DNA of 63,968 nt, counting the filler, from Lenisia limosa (lineage: Eukaryota; Protista; Breviatea): assembly GCA_001655205.1 (NCBI GenBank). It is 14 parts of 14 records of this genome, joined end to end, with 100 filler letters (N's around TTAATTAATTAA, not from the genome) between each part and the next. Parts side by side here need not be neighbours in the genome. Positions count along the whole stretch, not along the records: positions 38,895 to 42,771 come from LPNZ01004132.1; positions 42,872 to 44,692 come from LPNZ01000703.1; positions 44,793 to 46,135 come from LPNZ01004623.1; positions 46,236 to 47,947 come from LPNZ01004718.1; positions 48,048 to 49,521 come from LPNZ01000626.1; 9 more parts are not named here. One strand, 5' to 3'. The position numbers were made by a program, and so were the translations under genes. This document shows, piece after piece, positions 38,795 through 49,621 of the stretch (positions are counted from its first letter, which is position 1; each line of letters opens with the position of its first letter). The notes beneath the pieces are model-generated. The model was given only the letters and a program-made list of their open reading frames with translations, ran no database searches and was not told the origin of the DNA.

Positions 38795-39226
38795 NNNNNN
38801 NNNNNNNNNNNNNNNNNNNNNNNNNNNNNNNNNNNNNNTTAATTAATTAANNNNNNNNNNNNNNNNNNNNNNNNNNNNNNNNNNNNNNNNNNNNGACCAT
38901 AATTGTATAGTATTTTACCCTTAGGGCACCACCCCGTGGCGAGCTGACCCAAAAATCCTGCCAGCTGACCCTCCGATTGCCCCTGTCAACCTCTCAATAC
39001 AAAATAGCTTGTGTGATTTTCTGATAAAAATTCAAATTAAAGGTTGAAAGGTTGTTGCATTGCGAAAGTGAACAAGTGAGAATCCAAGGTGTGGAGGCGG
39101 GAGAATCAATCAAATTCAATAAAAATAATAGTTGTTCAACCACAAAAAAGAAACCATAACATGAAAATATGTAAATAAGCCAAAAACAATCGAATCACAA
39201 TGCTACAGCACAGTGACGAAAGACGA

Positions 39227-42200
39227 TCATTGCATGGGTCCAGAAATCCAACGAATGCCGTGCTGGTCCGGCTCGGGATAAAGCCCGTCAATGGCCCATG
39301 GGCTGGGGTGTAAAAGAAAATTTGATGAAGAANNNNNNNNNNNNNNNNNNNNNCGAAGCGAAAATATGAAACTCAAAGAAACACTGGGTGAATGATACAA
39401 ATTGAGACAGCAAAGTGCAATTTTTTCAGCCCAATACCTTTCATCAGAGTTGTACCTCCTTGGTGGGACTACAAAAGGCAGATGGACGGAAACGTCTCCA
39501 GACTCTGCAGCCATACGATGCTGGGACGTTACTCTTTCTTGATAAACTGGATCTGACTGACCCGTTAATTGGGTAAAGTGGTAGCTAATAACAAGGGATT
39601 GAGATGCGGAGACTAAAAATAACAGGGAAACCAATCTCAATAACCAAACTGTCGGTGACATGATCAAATACAACAAAGATATAGCCAAAAATGGGTGATT
39701 CAAAACAGGTGGAGCACAAAAACTATTGCATCACTTCCATTTCTTATAAAAGACTGGATTGTTGATTAATGTCTACAATCTACACGACATTTAGAACCGA
39801 AAGTACTCTAATACAGCCACCAACTTGGAACTCATGAGTCAGGCGAACTTGGCTGTTCGGACCGCGCATTTTACTTGGAATAAACATGACACCAAGCTCA
39901 TAAGATCGAATGGTGAGGTTCTTCGTTTTCGAAAAAGATCCCTGTATAGTGATCTCAATTTCATCAAGCAAGGCTGAGCATTATTTTGTAATGTAGGTTT
40001 TCACTGGCACAAAGACCTTCGAGGAGAGGATGTCAGTTGTCTATTTTTGACAACTTATAGGAACCTACCAGCTCACCATTTGAGAAGAATTCTCTAGCAT
40101 CCTACCCCTTCCCTTCATTATAAGTCCTGGTAGCCCGTTCCACCCATATATCTCATAATGAAGCTAACTCCCCCCACCCATGCAGAAGCTGACAGATTTG
40201 CTGACGTCATACAAGCCCATCGGATGTTTTTCCCATCTTCCGACATGCGGGTGTACGTCTTGATATGTGGCACGTTTTGGACCCTATTGCTGGGCGTCTA
40301 GAAGGGTTGAGTTAAAAACACGAGTGGAAACATGTTATTATATGTATATACTGTATGTAGAACAAAGAAATAAAAAGATATATCTGGTCGAAGCCGTCAA
40401 CATCTATTAATAAGATATCATATTAATGTGTGCGTATATCCAATATTATATTTTCAAAAACGCAGGTAAGCCCTAATAATGCCCCCACCCTACCGCATCC
40501 CAAGCACGGTAGTACTTCCTGAGTTCCGGTTTGTGGTTCTTAGCGGGACAAGGGAGGCAGCCGCCACCGCTGTAACCCTCGAGGGAACTGAACTGTTAGA
40601 ATGGCGCTTAGATTTGGAGGGTTTTCAGCAAAAGTTTCTTGTTATAATTTTTAGAAATGAGAGTCCACACCACAAGAGATATTGGATTATAGTATACTAT
40701 TAATAGCGTGATGGTGTGGCTTCGACCAGATACAACCTTTTTTTTTTGTTTTTCTCATTGCTACTCTATCATATTAATTAACCCAATCATTTGCCATACA
40801 ATGTTGAATAGCCATAGTCAGTTTCCGATCATGTAATATGTTCCATGTTTCAACACCCACTTTTTGATGACAGTTGCGGAGGGCCAGACCAAATTAAATA
40901 CTCTGGGGTTACACGGGCGGTCAGCCCAACATGAGCCGAAGAACTGAAGCTCAAGCCACTCGGCTCGGAGAGACCTGTGTCGTTATCAGGGCTTCTCTTC
41001 GGATAGAAAAACACAGGGGAAAAGATTTATCGAGACAGTCTTTTTTCGAACCGAAGTCGTAGACATTTAGCAAGGAATAACAAATATTACAGAAGAAACT
41101 GATTCGTTCTCGATAATGCTTTGAATAATTATGAGCTTTACTTACCCCAAACTGGAGCACTGAGCAACGACAAGGTCACTCGATTCTCCTTCAATTGCAT
41201 TCGACTCTATCACAGACTTCTGAAATATGTTAATGCATTGGGGTTAACTTCTCAAGAAAAATTCGGCTACAATATCAGAAATAGCAATGATGAAATGATA
41301 AACGGTGGTTTGAGCCTATGGACTCATTTCCTTGATTTGTCTGACACATATGATCTGCCTTTATTCAAAAAAAAAAACAGTCCCATCTGACCCTAATATG
41401 TTGCATGAAGAGGTTCTTCAAAAAGCCCCCATCCCACCAGTTTGCCAAGGCCCCAGCGTTTCGTCTCTTCTCCAGTGAAAGTACCAGGTATGGATGCTAT
41501 CAAGATCACTCCCTACATTGCCGTTAAACTCTGATAGAAAGAACCATTCATTCCGAATCAAAAAGACCGATATATCGATAGAAGATAGTAAAATGGGTCA
41601 TATTCATGAAACTAAAACTCACGTCTGCCTTTGAGAAATCGTAGTTATTCAAGCCAGCTCGTTGAACTCTCACAATACCTGAAGCATGACAATCGGTGTT
41701 ATAAACGGTGTTATCCACAGAACAACAAAAAACACAACAAAGCATATCACAAAAACAAAACAAGTCGGGAAGAGGAGAGATAAAACTAGAACCATTTAGA
41801 TGCCCCCAACACACCGCCTAGGGAAGAGAGGTACTCCGAGAGGTCGTCTCGGAATTGAGACGGTTGAAACTTCGTACAAAGAGGAAAGTCCTCGAACCAG
41901 AGTCCCTGATATTCAGTCAAAACAGACGGACAGTGTGGTATTCTTGTTTTGTGAACAGATATGAAACTCCAACAAGATAAGCCACTCTCTATTATTCATT
42001 TAAGGCTTCTTGTTCTTTAGGGCAATATTGTAAATTGCTACAAAAACAGGTCATACTTGTGTTTTGAAGATCCAGTCTTGGTCAATAAAATTGGCTGAAG
42101 TAATCACCACTCGGAGAAAATTCGGGTAGTACAGCAGCATGAACTTCCTATGAGTTTAACAGCTATGGATTTCAAAAAAAAAAACAGTAAAAAGAAAAAA

Positions 42201-42446
42201 ATCCCACTTTCAATTATCGAGAGAGGTGAAGCCCCACCCACATATACTGCCAGATAACACACAATATAGCAATGAGAAATAAAAAATTAAGCTTGTATCT
42301 GGTCGAAGCTGTCCACACCATCACACTTTGAAGAAATATTGGTTATTGTATCATATTAATACACAATACCAAAGCCCACGAGTGGTGAGTTCCGAAAGCT
42401 AGAGGCAATCTTGGCATATGCACTTTGCCTCCTGGCGGCGCTTGGG
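39227..42446 (-). CDS. TDP1: Tyrosyl-DNA phosphodiesterase 1 (5' truncated)
   Basis: FGTHHS-KFMLLYY...RVVITSANF, SSLEGYSGGGCLP, PHIKTYTR...TSANLSASAW, TIRSYELGV, and C-terminal PWAIDGLYPEPDQHGIRW. Confidence 0.95.
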
Positions 42447-42871
42447 TCTGAAGGGGGGGGGGGTCGTTAGTAAGGCTTCCTCAACTCCGAAAAAGACCAG
42501 AATATCGACATTTATCGAGGATTTATCGAAAAATTCAACCATTTTTCAGAAAAAATAAGAAGACAATGTATCGATAATCCTCGAAAACAATCTAAATCTG
42601 TACAATTTCATTTTGTCCTGAGTATTCATTTAGGGTGCAATCATATATGCACATGTATCATATGAAATGTATTAGCGATGAGAAATAAAAAATAAGGTTG
42701 TATCTGGCCGAAGCTGTCCACATCATCACGCTTATAAGAGATACTAATATATTAATTCACCCAATCATTTGNNNNNNNNNNNNNNNNNNNNNNNNNNNNN
42801 NNNNNNNNNNNNNNNTTAATTAATTAANNNNNNNNNNNNNNNNNNNNNNNNNNNNNNNNNNNNNNNNNNNN

Positions 42872-42947
42872 CATCCCATCACTCCAGCTTCTGCAGCACC
42901 GCATCCCATCACTCCAGCTTCTGCAGCACCGTATCCCACCACTCCAG
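42872..42947. repeat. 30-bp tandem repeat (~2.5 copies)
   Basis: Unit CATCCCATCACTCCAGCTTCTGCAGCACCG. Confidence 0.85.
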
Positions 42948-43224
42948 CATGGGGGGTATAAGGGGAGAGGGAGACAGCACGAAGGTATCATAGGCACAAT
43001 AAATCCAGTGTTAAATGACAGTACTGCATAAAGTGTATTGTCCAAATAGTTTTAACCTGGCTTCCCTTTGAACCAATAAAAAATTGGTAAACTATCAATC
43101 AAATGAGGAAATTAGCAATCGTTCAATTTTAAAAGAATAAATACAACGAACTCATCCAATTCAATAACTAACAACTTGTAACAATGATGCATTATTTCCC
43201 CTTTGTCAACAGGCCACTCGCCTA

Positions 43225-43870
43225 CCTCAAGCCACTTTTCCCTTTGTTCCTCGGTCTGTAGGCCAAGATAGAAATGTTTTGAGGCACTAATAGCTTTGAT
43301 GCAAAATTGCTTTCCATGAATAGTTGCTAAACGAGTTAATAGTGTTAGGTCAGCGAAGAGAGAGATGGGAAGAAACATACCGCGCTCGCTCCGAAGGAGG
43401 TCAATAACCAAGCCTGTATAAGGGATTACACCCTTCTTTTTTCCCTTCTTCGAGCTCTCGTAGTAGGCGAGACCTGTATCTTCTTCGGCAAACCTGGCAA
43501 AATGAGCAGGAGAAGCGGATACCTACCATCTTTTCTTCCAGTTGCATCTCTTGTGTGCTCCTGTCTCAGCACCTCGTTTCTCGACCCATCCCTCCATAAT
43601 GGAAAGCGAAAAGGCCTTGGCGTTCCACCCAATCACTTGCCCAACTCCGACAAACCGAACAACCCGAATCTGCTTCTATCAACTCTCTTGTTCTTACGTT
43701 CTTACTGCTTGTATATTCTTAATTCAAATTGTATTGAAGTGCTTACCCGTTTACCCGCCAGAAAAAACAAACACAAACACCGCCTTTTGGCGCAGATCTC
43801 CAGGATCTGAATTTGACCTCGTCGATCTGACTCTCCCTAACTCTTTTCTTGGCATCACTTCTTTTGTTCA
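43225..43870 (-). CDS. PH-domain protein (partial)
   Basis: MEGWVEKRG...NWKKRWF...LAYYESSKKGKKKGVI...HFYLGLQTEEQREKWLE. Confidence 0.85.
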
Positions 43871-44351
43871 GACTTCTCTTCTTGAAATAGATTGGAACTA
43901 AAGTGTTATTTTTATTGGTTTTTTTGTTTTGTTTTTTTACTTTGTTTCAACTTTGTCTAATGCAACGAAGCAACGAAGGGCTGTTTGTGTGCCAATTTGC
44001 CAATTTCATTCTCGATTACATTAGAGATGAAGAGATGAAGACTTTGAATTTGGAACTAAAACATATAATATATGGTTCAGCAAATACGTCGAAATGAGAA
44101 AGAAAACAACGTTTTATCTGGTTGAGGCCACCCACACCATCACACTTTCATTAAATGTCACTGAGATTTACAATGATACTCGAAATGCGCAAAGCACTGG
44201 CACCGACAATAACTGTACAAAACGTCGTATATTATTACATCCTACAATTACACCATAGCCAGACTTCCGCCTAAATCGGTGAGGACAGAAAATACAGTCA
44301 TGACAAAGTGAGCAGTTGAGTTTGTTACGAAGTTTTTCATCATCCCCCCAA

Positions 44352-44448
44352 GGGTTTCACTTCGGTTCAAAAAAGGCCAGTAAAATATCGATAGTTTTCG
44401 AAGATTTATCGAGACATTCAGTCTTCTTTTCGAACCGAAGTGAAGCCC
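44352..44448. mobile_element. Family M1 MITE
   Basis: GGGTTTCACTTCGGTTCAAAAA ... TTTTCGAACCGAAGTGAAGCCC. Confidence 0.85.
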
Positions 44449-44462
44449 CCCCCCCCACCTTA

Positions 44463-44543
44463 TCATGGGCACTTCCTCTCGACAACATCAGCGCCAAACT
44501 CATCATACTCCTGTTTACTCATCCACAACTGCTGGAATGTTCC
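44463..44543 (-). CDS. ARP4: Last exon of actin-related protein 4 (ARP4/ACTL6)
   Basis: [26 protein letters not shown]; the VERKCP end is typical of ARP4/BAF53. Confidence 0.85.
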   Translation of the reverse strand, partial: GTFQQLWMSKQEYDEFGADVVERKCP

Positions 44544-44792
44544 CTGTGGGGGAGGGGGGGAGTAAAATTGGAAAATTTATGAAATAAAACCCAAACAGCT
44601 ATTACCTAATTCATAACATGTAACACATAAACCATAACAACTACTCATACATGCTAATAAAACCGTAACGATTCGTACATGTTAATACTCAGNNNNNNNN
44701 NNNNNNNNNNNNNNNNNNNNNNNNNNNNNNNNNNNNTTAATTAATTAANNNNNNNNNNNNNNNNNNNNNNNNNNNNNNNNNNNNNNNNNNNN

Positions 44793-46135
44793 CCTCTTGT
44801 TCAACATGCCAGATCTGCAGGTCACGTGGGAGGTCGATCTCTCCCTCAGCAATATGACGAAGGAGGGTGGTCTTGCCAACTCCCTGGGGTGTAAGATGGG
44901 ACCACAGAAACAAAAAAACAGTATTATTTATGAAAAAATTCATTTTAAAAAAATAACACAAGAGCATCTTTGCAATCCCCCCTCCCCCCTCACGTTGCGA
45001 CCAACAAGGGCGTATCTTCCACCCATCCTAAGGGTCATTTGTCCGTTCTTCAACAGCTCCTGTCCACCAGCAACTGAGTCGTATTAGGGTTATTTCCAAC
45101 GTTTTTGTAAATAAGTTTCTTAGGACTTATAGTGATTATGTGGGGATTATTAGGGGTGAAGACAGTTAGAGATTAGGTTCGGCTGATGATAAGAGATAAT
45201 GTTCGGATGATGAGAGCGGATAATTAGAGATTATTCTCGGAATGTTGAGGGTGATTGAGGTTAAAGGCGATATTGGAATGACTAAAGTTGAGTTTAGCCT
45301 AGTTGAATATTCCTCCCATATTGTAGTATGGTTGCATGTAGTACGCAATGCTGAATATCACCACATTTACGAAACGTAGACGTAATATACATAGCAATGA
45401 GAAATAAAAAATAAAGTTGTATCTGGCCGAAGCCGTCCACGCCATCAAGCTTAAAAGAGTTATTATAATAAATATCCCAATCATTTGCCTTAAACTCTGT
45501 GCACACAGCTTTCTGCGTGCATCCCCAGAATATGCCCTCTCATACATAATTGAATGTTGTTAAGTTGAATATCGTTGCTACAGCCTCTTTCAGTGGCCCA
45601 ACGGAGGGGATCCTGGAATGGGTAACTGGTGTAGAAATGAACTTCTACCATTCCTATATGACCATATGTTGAAAAAAAAACAGGCATATGATATCATCTT
45701 ATAAGAGAAATTGATTGTGTAATATGGGAAGTATAATAATGTGAACGGCATGTTAATATTTAGCCACTTCGTTAACTCGAAAAACCAAGTACCCTCCCAC
45801 TTTGGTGAACCTCGAGATTTCTCCTCGCTCAGACAGTTTGACCATAGCCTAAAAAGGTCACAAAAACAGTACGGTTTCAACTTGAACGGCTTTGAGAGGA
45901 AACTATAAGTAGGGCTTCAGTTCGGTTCGAAAAAAGACTGAATTTCTCGAAAAATCCTCGAAAATTATTGATATTTAACCGGTATTTTTCGAACCGAAGT
46001 GAAGCCCCAACTATAAGACATAAAAATCATCATAAACATGATATCCCCCTCTCCTACGGCCTGTTTTTTCTCAGCATTGACCTTTTCACGCTTGGCACGC
46101 TTTTCGGCGTTTTTAGCGTCAGTAGCGGCGACTGC
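44793..46135 (-). CDS. ABCF3: ABC-F family ATPase (GCN20/ABCF3-like), partial
   Basis: DIQLNNIQL-FAGGQELLKNGQMTLRMGGRYALVGRNGVGKTTLLRHIA...QIWHVEQE. Confidence 0.88.
45394..45520 (-). repeat. Family H full-length copy 25 nt after a donor
   Basis: Minus strand GCACGCAGAAAGCTGTGTGCACAGAG...GGACGGCTTCGGCCAGATAC...TTTCTCATTGC. Confidence 0.9.
45912..46007. mobile_element. Family M1 MITE
   Basis: TA|GGGCTTCAGTTCGGTTCGAAAAA ... TTTTTCGAACCGAAGTGAAGCCC, 96 bp. Confidence 0.9.
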
Positions 46136-46289
46136 NNNNNNNNNNNNNNNNNNNNNNNNNNNNNNNNNNNNNNNNNNNNTTAATTAATTAANNNNNNNNN
46201 NNNNNNNNNNNNNNNNNNNNNNNNNNNNNNNNNNNAAAAAAAAAAAAAAAACCAAACAAAGCCCAGACCAGTAAAGCTGATCAAAACGA

Positions 46290-47812
46290 TCCCATACCGA
46301 AGAGGACTGTTGCCATATGCGGAAGATGGCATTTCTGTCATTTCGGGCTTGGGCTGGGGGTCGACAGTGATGGACTTGATTGGCCTCTGGAGGGACTCGT
46401 TCCTCACCACACGCATATCCGTAGGCTCATAACTAATATGGTAAGTAATACCTAATATGGCAAGTTATACTAATATGGTAAGTCATATGTACCTATGTTT
46501 TACATATTATCTAGATATACATGTATATAGCAATGAGAAAAAAAAAAAAAAATAAGGNNNNNNNNNNNNNNNNNNNNNNNNNNNNNNNNNNNNNNNNNNN
46601 NNNNNNNNNNNNNNNNNNNNNNNNNNNNNNNNNNNNNNNNNNNNNNNNNNNNNNNNNNNNNNNNNNNNNNNNNNNNNNNNNNNNNNATTGGATTATAGTA
46701 TAAATTCACCCAATCCACCCGATCATTTACCTTAGAACTCTGTGCACACAGCTTTCTGCGTGCCTCCCATACAAACAAAAATAAAAAATATGGATGGTAC
46801 CTTCCGCTTTCGGAAATGACCATGCCCCCCCCCCCTAACAAATCATTATGGCTATGGATTGCAGGTGCAGCAGGGGGCTCAGCGGCCGTGAACGGAGAAC
46901 TGGGAGCAACAAAAGGTGCCGGCGCGGGTTTGATGAGGGTGGCGGATTGGGGTGTTTTGGATACAGCGGTGGGGGGCTTGGGGAGACCTGAATAGTCATT
47001 TAGACACCCCTAGGTTATATTTAATTTCTGAAATATCTTACATTATCCAAAATGATTGACAAAATGGTGAGATATAACCAGAACAAAAAAAAAGGGGGGG
47101 TACAATTTGATGATTGTGAAAAGAAGAGTAAGTGGAAAATATTACCGAAATACATATCGAATAAGACCTGACATGATAAACTCAAGGTGAAGTTCAAAAT
47201 CCGTGTCAGGACTTATCGCGGTCATTGTATACACTGTGATAAGTCCTGACACGATTGACCAAAGCAAAAGCTCACTATTCGTGTTTGGACTGATATCGCA
47301 GTCACAGCATACATATCGATATTTGGTAGGGTAGGTCCTGGCAAAAATGGAACATCCGATTTCCATGTCGTTTAGATGTTTGAAAGTATACAGTATACAG
47401 TGACCGGGATAATTCTAGTCTGATTTTCCTTGGGGAAAATACAAAATCGGTCAAGGCTTATCCCGGTCACTGTAAATGATGACAACCTCACAGCGAACCG
47501 TTTTCGAATACTGGGGCAGACATGACAGGATGTTGGAACGCGGGGGCAGAGGTAGGTTTGATGGGCTGAAGGCTGGCGGAAGTGACAATGGGGACTGGTT
47601 GGGCAATTTGGGGTTGAATAGCTGGCTTCTTGGCGGCTGTTGTTGAGGTTTCAGGCTCAGCTTTCTCTTCTTTTTTCACTTGTTCCACTTGTTCCACCTT
47701 TTCCACTTTCTCCACCTTCTCAGTTTTTTTCAACTGTTGAACTTCATTTTCTGTTTGGATTGGTTTTTGTTTTTCAGCAGGCTTGTCAGTGATAGGAGCT
47801 TCGGGCTTCGCC
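46290..47812 (-). CDS. Low-complexity Glu/Lys/Pro/Ala-rich protein fragment
   Basis: Exons KTEKVEKVEKVEQVEQ...PVFENGSL, GLPKPPTAVSKTPQ... and RVVRNESLQRPIK... Confidence 0.5.
47398..47472. mobile_element. Family T MITE with TA TSD
   Basis: TA|CAGTGACCGGGATAA ... TTATCCCGGTCACTG|TA. Confidence 0.85.
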
Positions 47813-48047
47813 TAGGGTTATTAGAAATCAGGAAATGTGTGCAAAATGAGGGGTAAGAAAATAAAACACGAAAGAGGAGGAAAGAGGAGGAAAGAGGAGG
47901 AAAGAGGAGGAAAGAGGAGGAAAAAGGTGAAAAGAGGAGAAAAATTANNNNNNNNNNNNNNNNNNNNNNNNNNNNNNNNNNNNNNNNNNNNTTAATTAAT
48001 TAANNNNNNNNNNNNNNNNNNNNNNNNNNNNNNNNNNNNNNNNNNNN

Positions 48048-49521
48048 AAGGTCCGACCAGAGGACCAGCGGATCCTTGATGAGTCCATCACTGTGGCTCA
48101 TGACGAAGTTGCCAAGTACTTTGAGGGCGGAGGTTGGTTGACGGCTCCCGAAGATTTGATTTCTTCATGGAGTTATGAGGTTTCTTGCTCAACACAGAAT
48201 GAGTCTTGTAGAGTCATGAGCGTAATCATCATTCATCTTACTTTTACTTAGTTCAGCATATCATACTCTCTTAGTCAATAGGAACTTTATATCTGACACC
48301 TCCAGACCTGAAGGTTTATATCTAACACCTCCAGACCCTGTGAAGGTTTATATCTGACACCTCCAGACCTTGTGAAGGTTTATATCTGACACCTCCAGAC
48401 CCTGTGAAGGTTTATATCTAACACCTCCAGACCCTGTGAAGGTTAAAAACAAACACCTCCAGACCCTGTGAAGGTTTATATCTAACACCGCCAGACCCTG
48501 TGAAGGTTGTCCGAGGCAAGCACAAGGGAGAGACAGGAATGATCACCAGAATCGACAGTGACATTGTGACCCTCTTCACTGACCTTGGCTTGTCCGAGAT
48601 TTCAGCTCATACTAGGTGCGGAGAGGCGATCCTGAATGATTGTTGTTTTTTTTAAAATATTTTTGAGGGTTATTCATACTCCCCCTTTGGAGTTGATTTT
48701 CGGCCTTTTTTGTTTTATAATTTTTCCAATTTTACCCCCCTCCCCCCCTGACGCTTTAGGGACATACGCCGAACGACCGAAATTGCAGTGGGTGGCCAGA
48801 CGCTCGGAAAGTACCAGCTGCACGACCTTGTCCAGATCAGCGCTTCCCTCTTCGGAATCATCACCCATATCCACCACACTTCCTGCCAGGTTGGTGGTGA
48901 CTGCACTCTTAGCAAGTGCTATGCAAGTGCTGTAATGGGCTTCTTTTACCGGCGTTATGGCTGCATTTGTCTTCAACACATGGCAAAGCTCACCCATTTT
49001 ACGTTTGTACCCAAAAGATGTTCATTATCTATCATATCATATGATAGTAATAAGATATATTTTTATTTTGCACAAACCACGGTAGCAGCAAACTTGACAC
49101 TTCAGGTTATGACCCAACATGGTGAAGTCACAAAAGTAGACGCCAAATGTATGGGGGGGGGGGGGNNNNNNNNNNNNNNNNNNNNNNNNNNNNNNNNNNN
49201 NNNNNNNNNNNNNNNNNNNNNNNNNNNNNNNNNNNNNNNNNNNNNNNNNNNNNNNNNNNNNNNNNNNNNNNNNNNNNNGTTCACTCATCAGCTCTGCTGT
49301 CAAAAAGGAACAACAGAAGAGCACAGGCGATGGACAATAGTCAGGTATGATGGGCTCCTTTTGCATCCAGTTTCATACACGTGTCACCCCAAATAACGAC
49401 AATTACTCACCCCCCCCCCAGAACGTAATCAGCCGGGATGATGAGGTCGAAGTTCTCAGCGGCGAGATGGCGAAAAGGACGGCCAAAGTGCGGCAGATCT
49501 ACAGAAGTACTCTGTTCCTCT
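48048..49521 (+). CDS. SPT5: Transcription elongation factor SPT5 (KOW region), partial
   Basis: VAKYFEGGDPVKVVRGKHKGETGMITRIDSDIVTLFTDL; YQLHDLVQI; NVISRDDEVEVLSGEMAKRTAKVRQIYRSTLFL. Confidence 0.9.
48287..48508 (+). repeat. 32-bp x7 tandem array of a 3' splice junction
   Basis: Unit TTATATCTAACACCTCCAG|ACCCTGTGAAGGT; the last copy is the in-frame SPT5 acceptor. Confidence 0.9.
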
Positions 49522-49621
49522 NNNNNNNNNNNNNNNNNNNNNNNNNNNNNNNNNNNNNNNNNNNNTTAATTAATTAANNNNNNNNNNNNNNNNNNNNNNN
49601 NNNNNNNNNNNNNNNNNNNNN

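Noticed and set aside
48287-48508. CRISPR-like array (32-bp repeats); also 51505-51640
   Set aside because: No unique spacers, no cas genes and a eukaryotic intron context; these are plain tandem repeats
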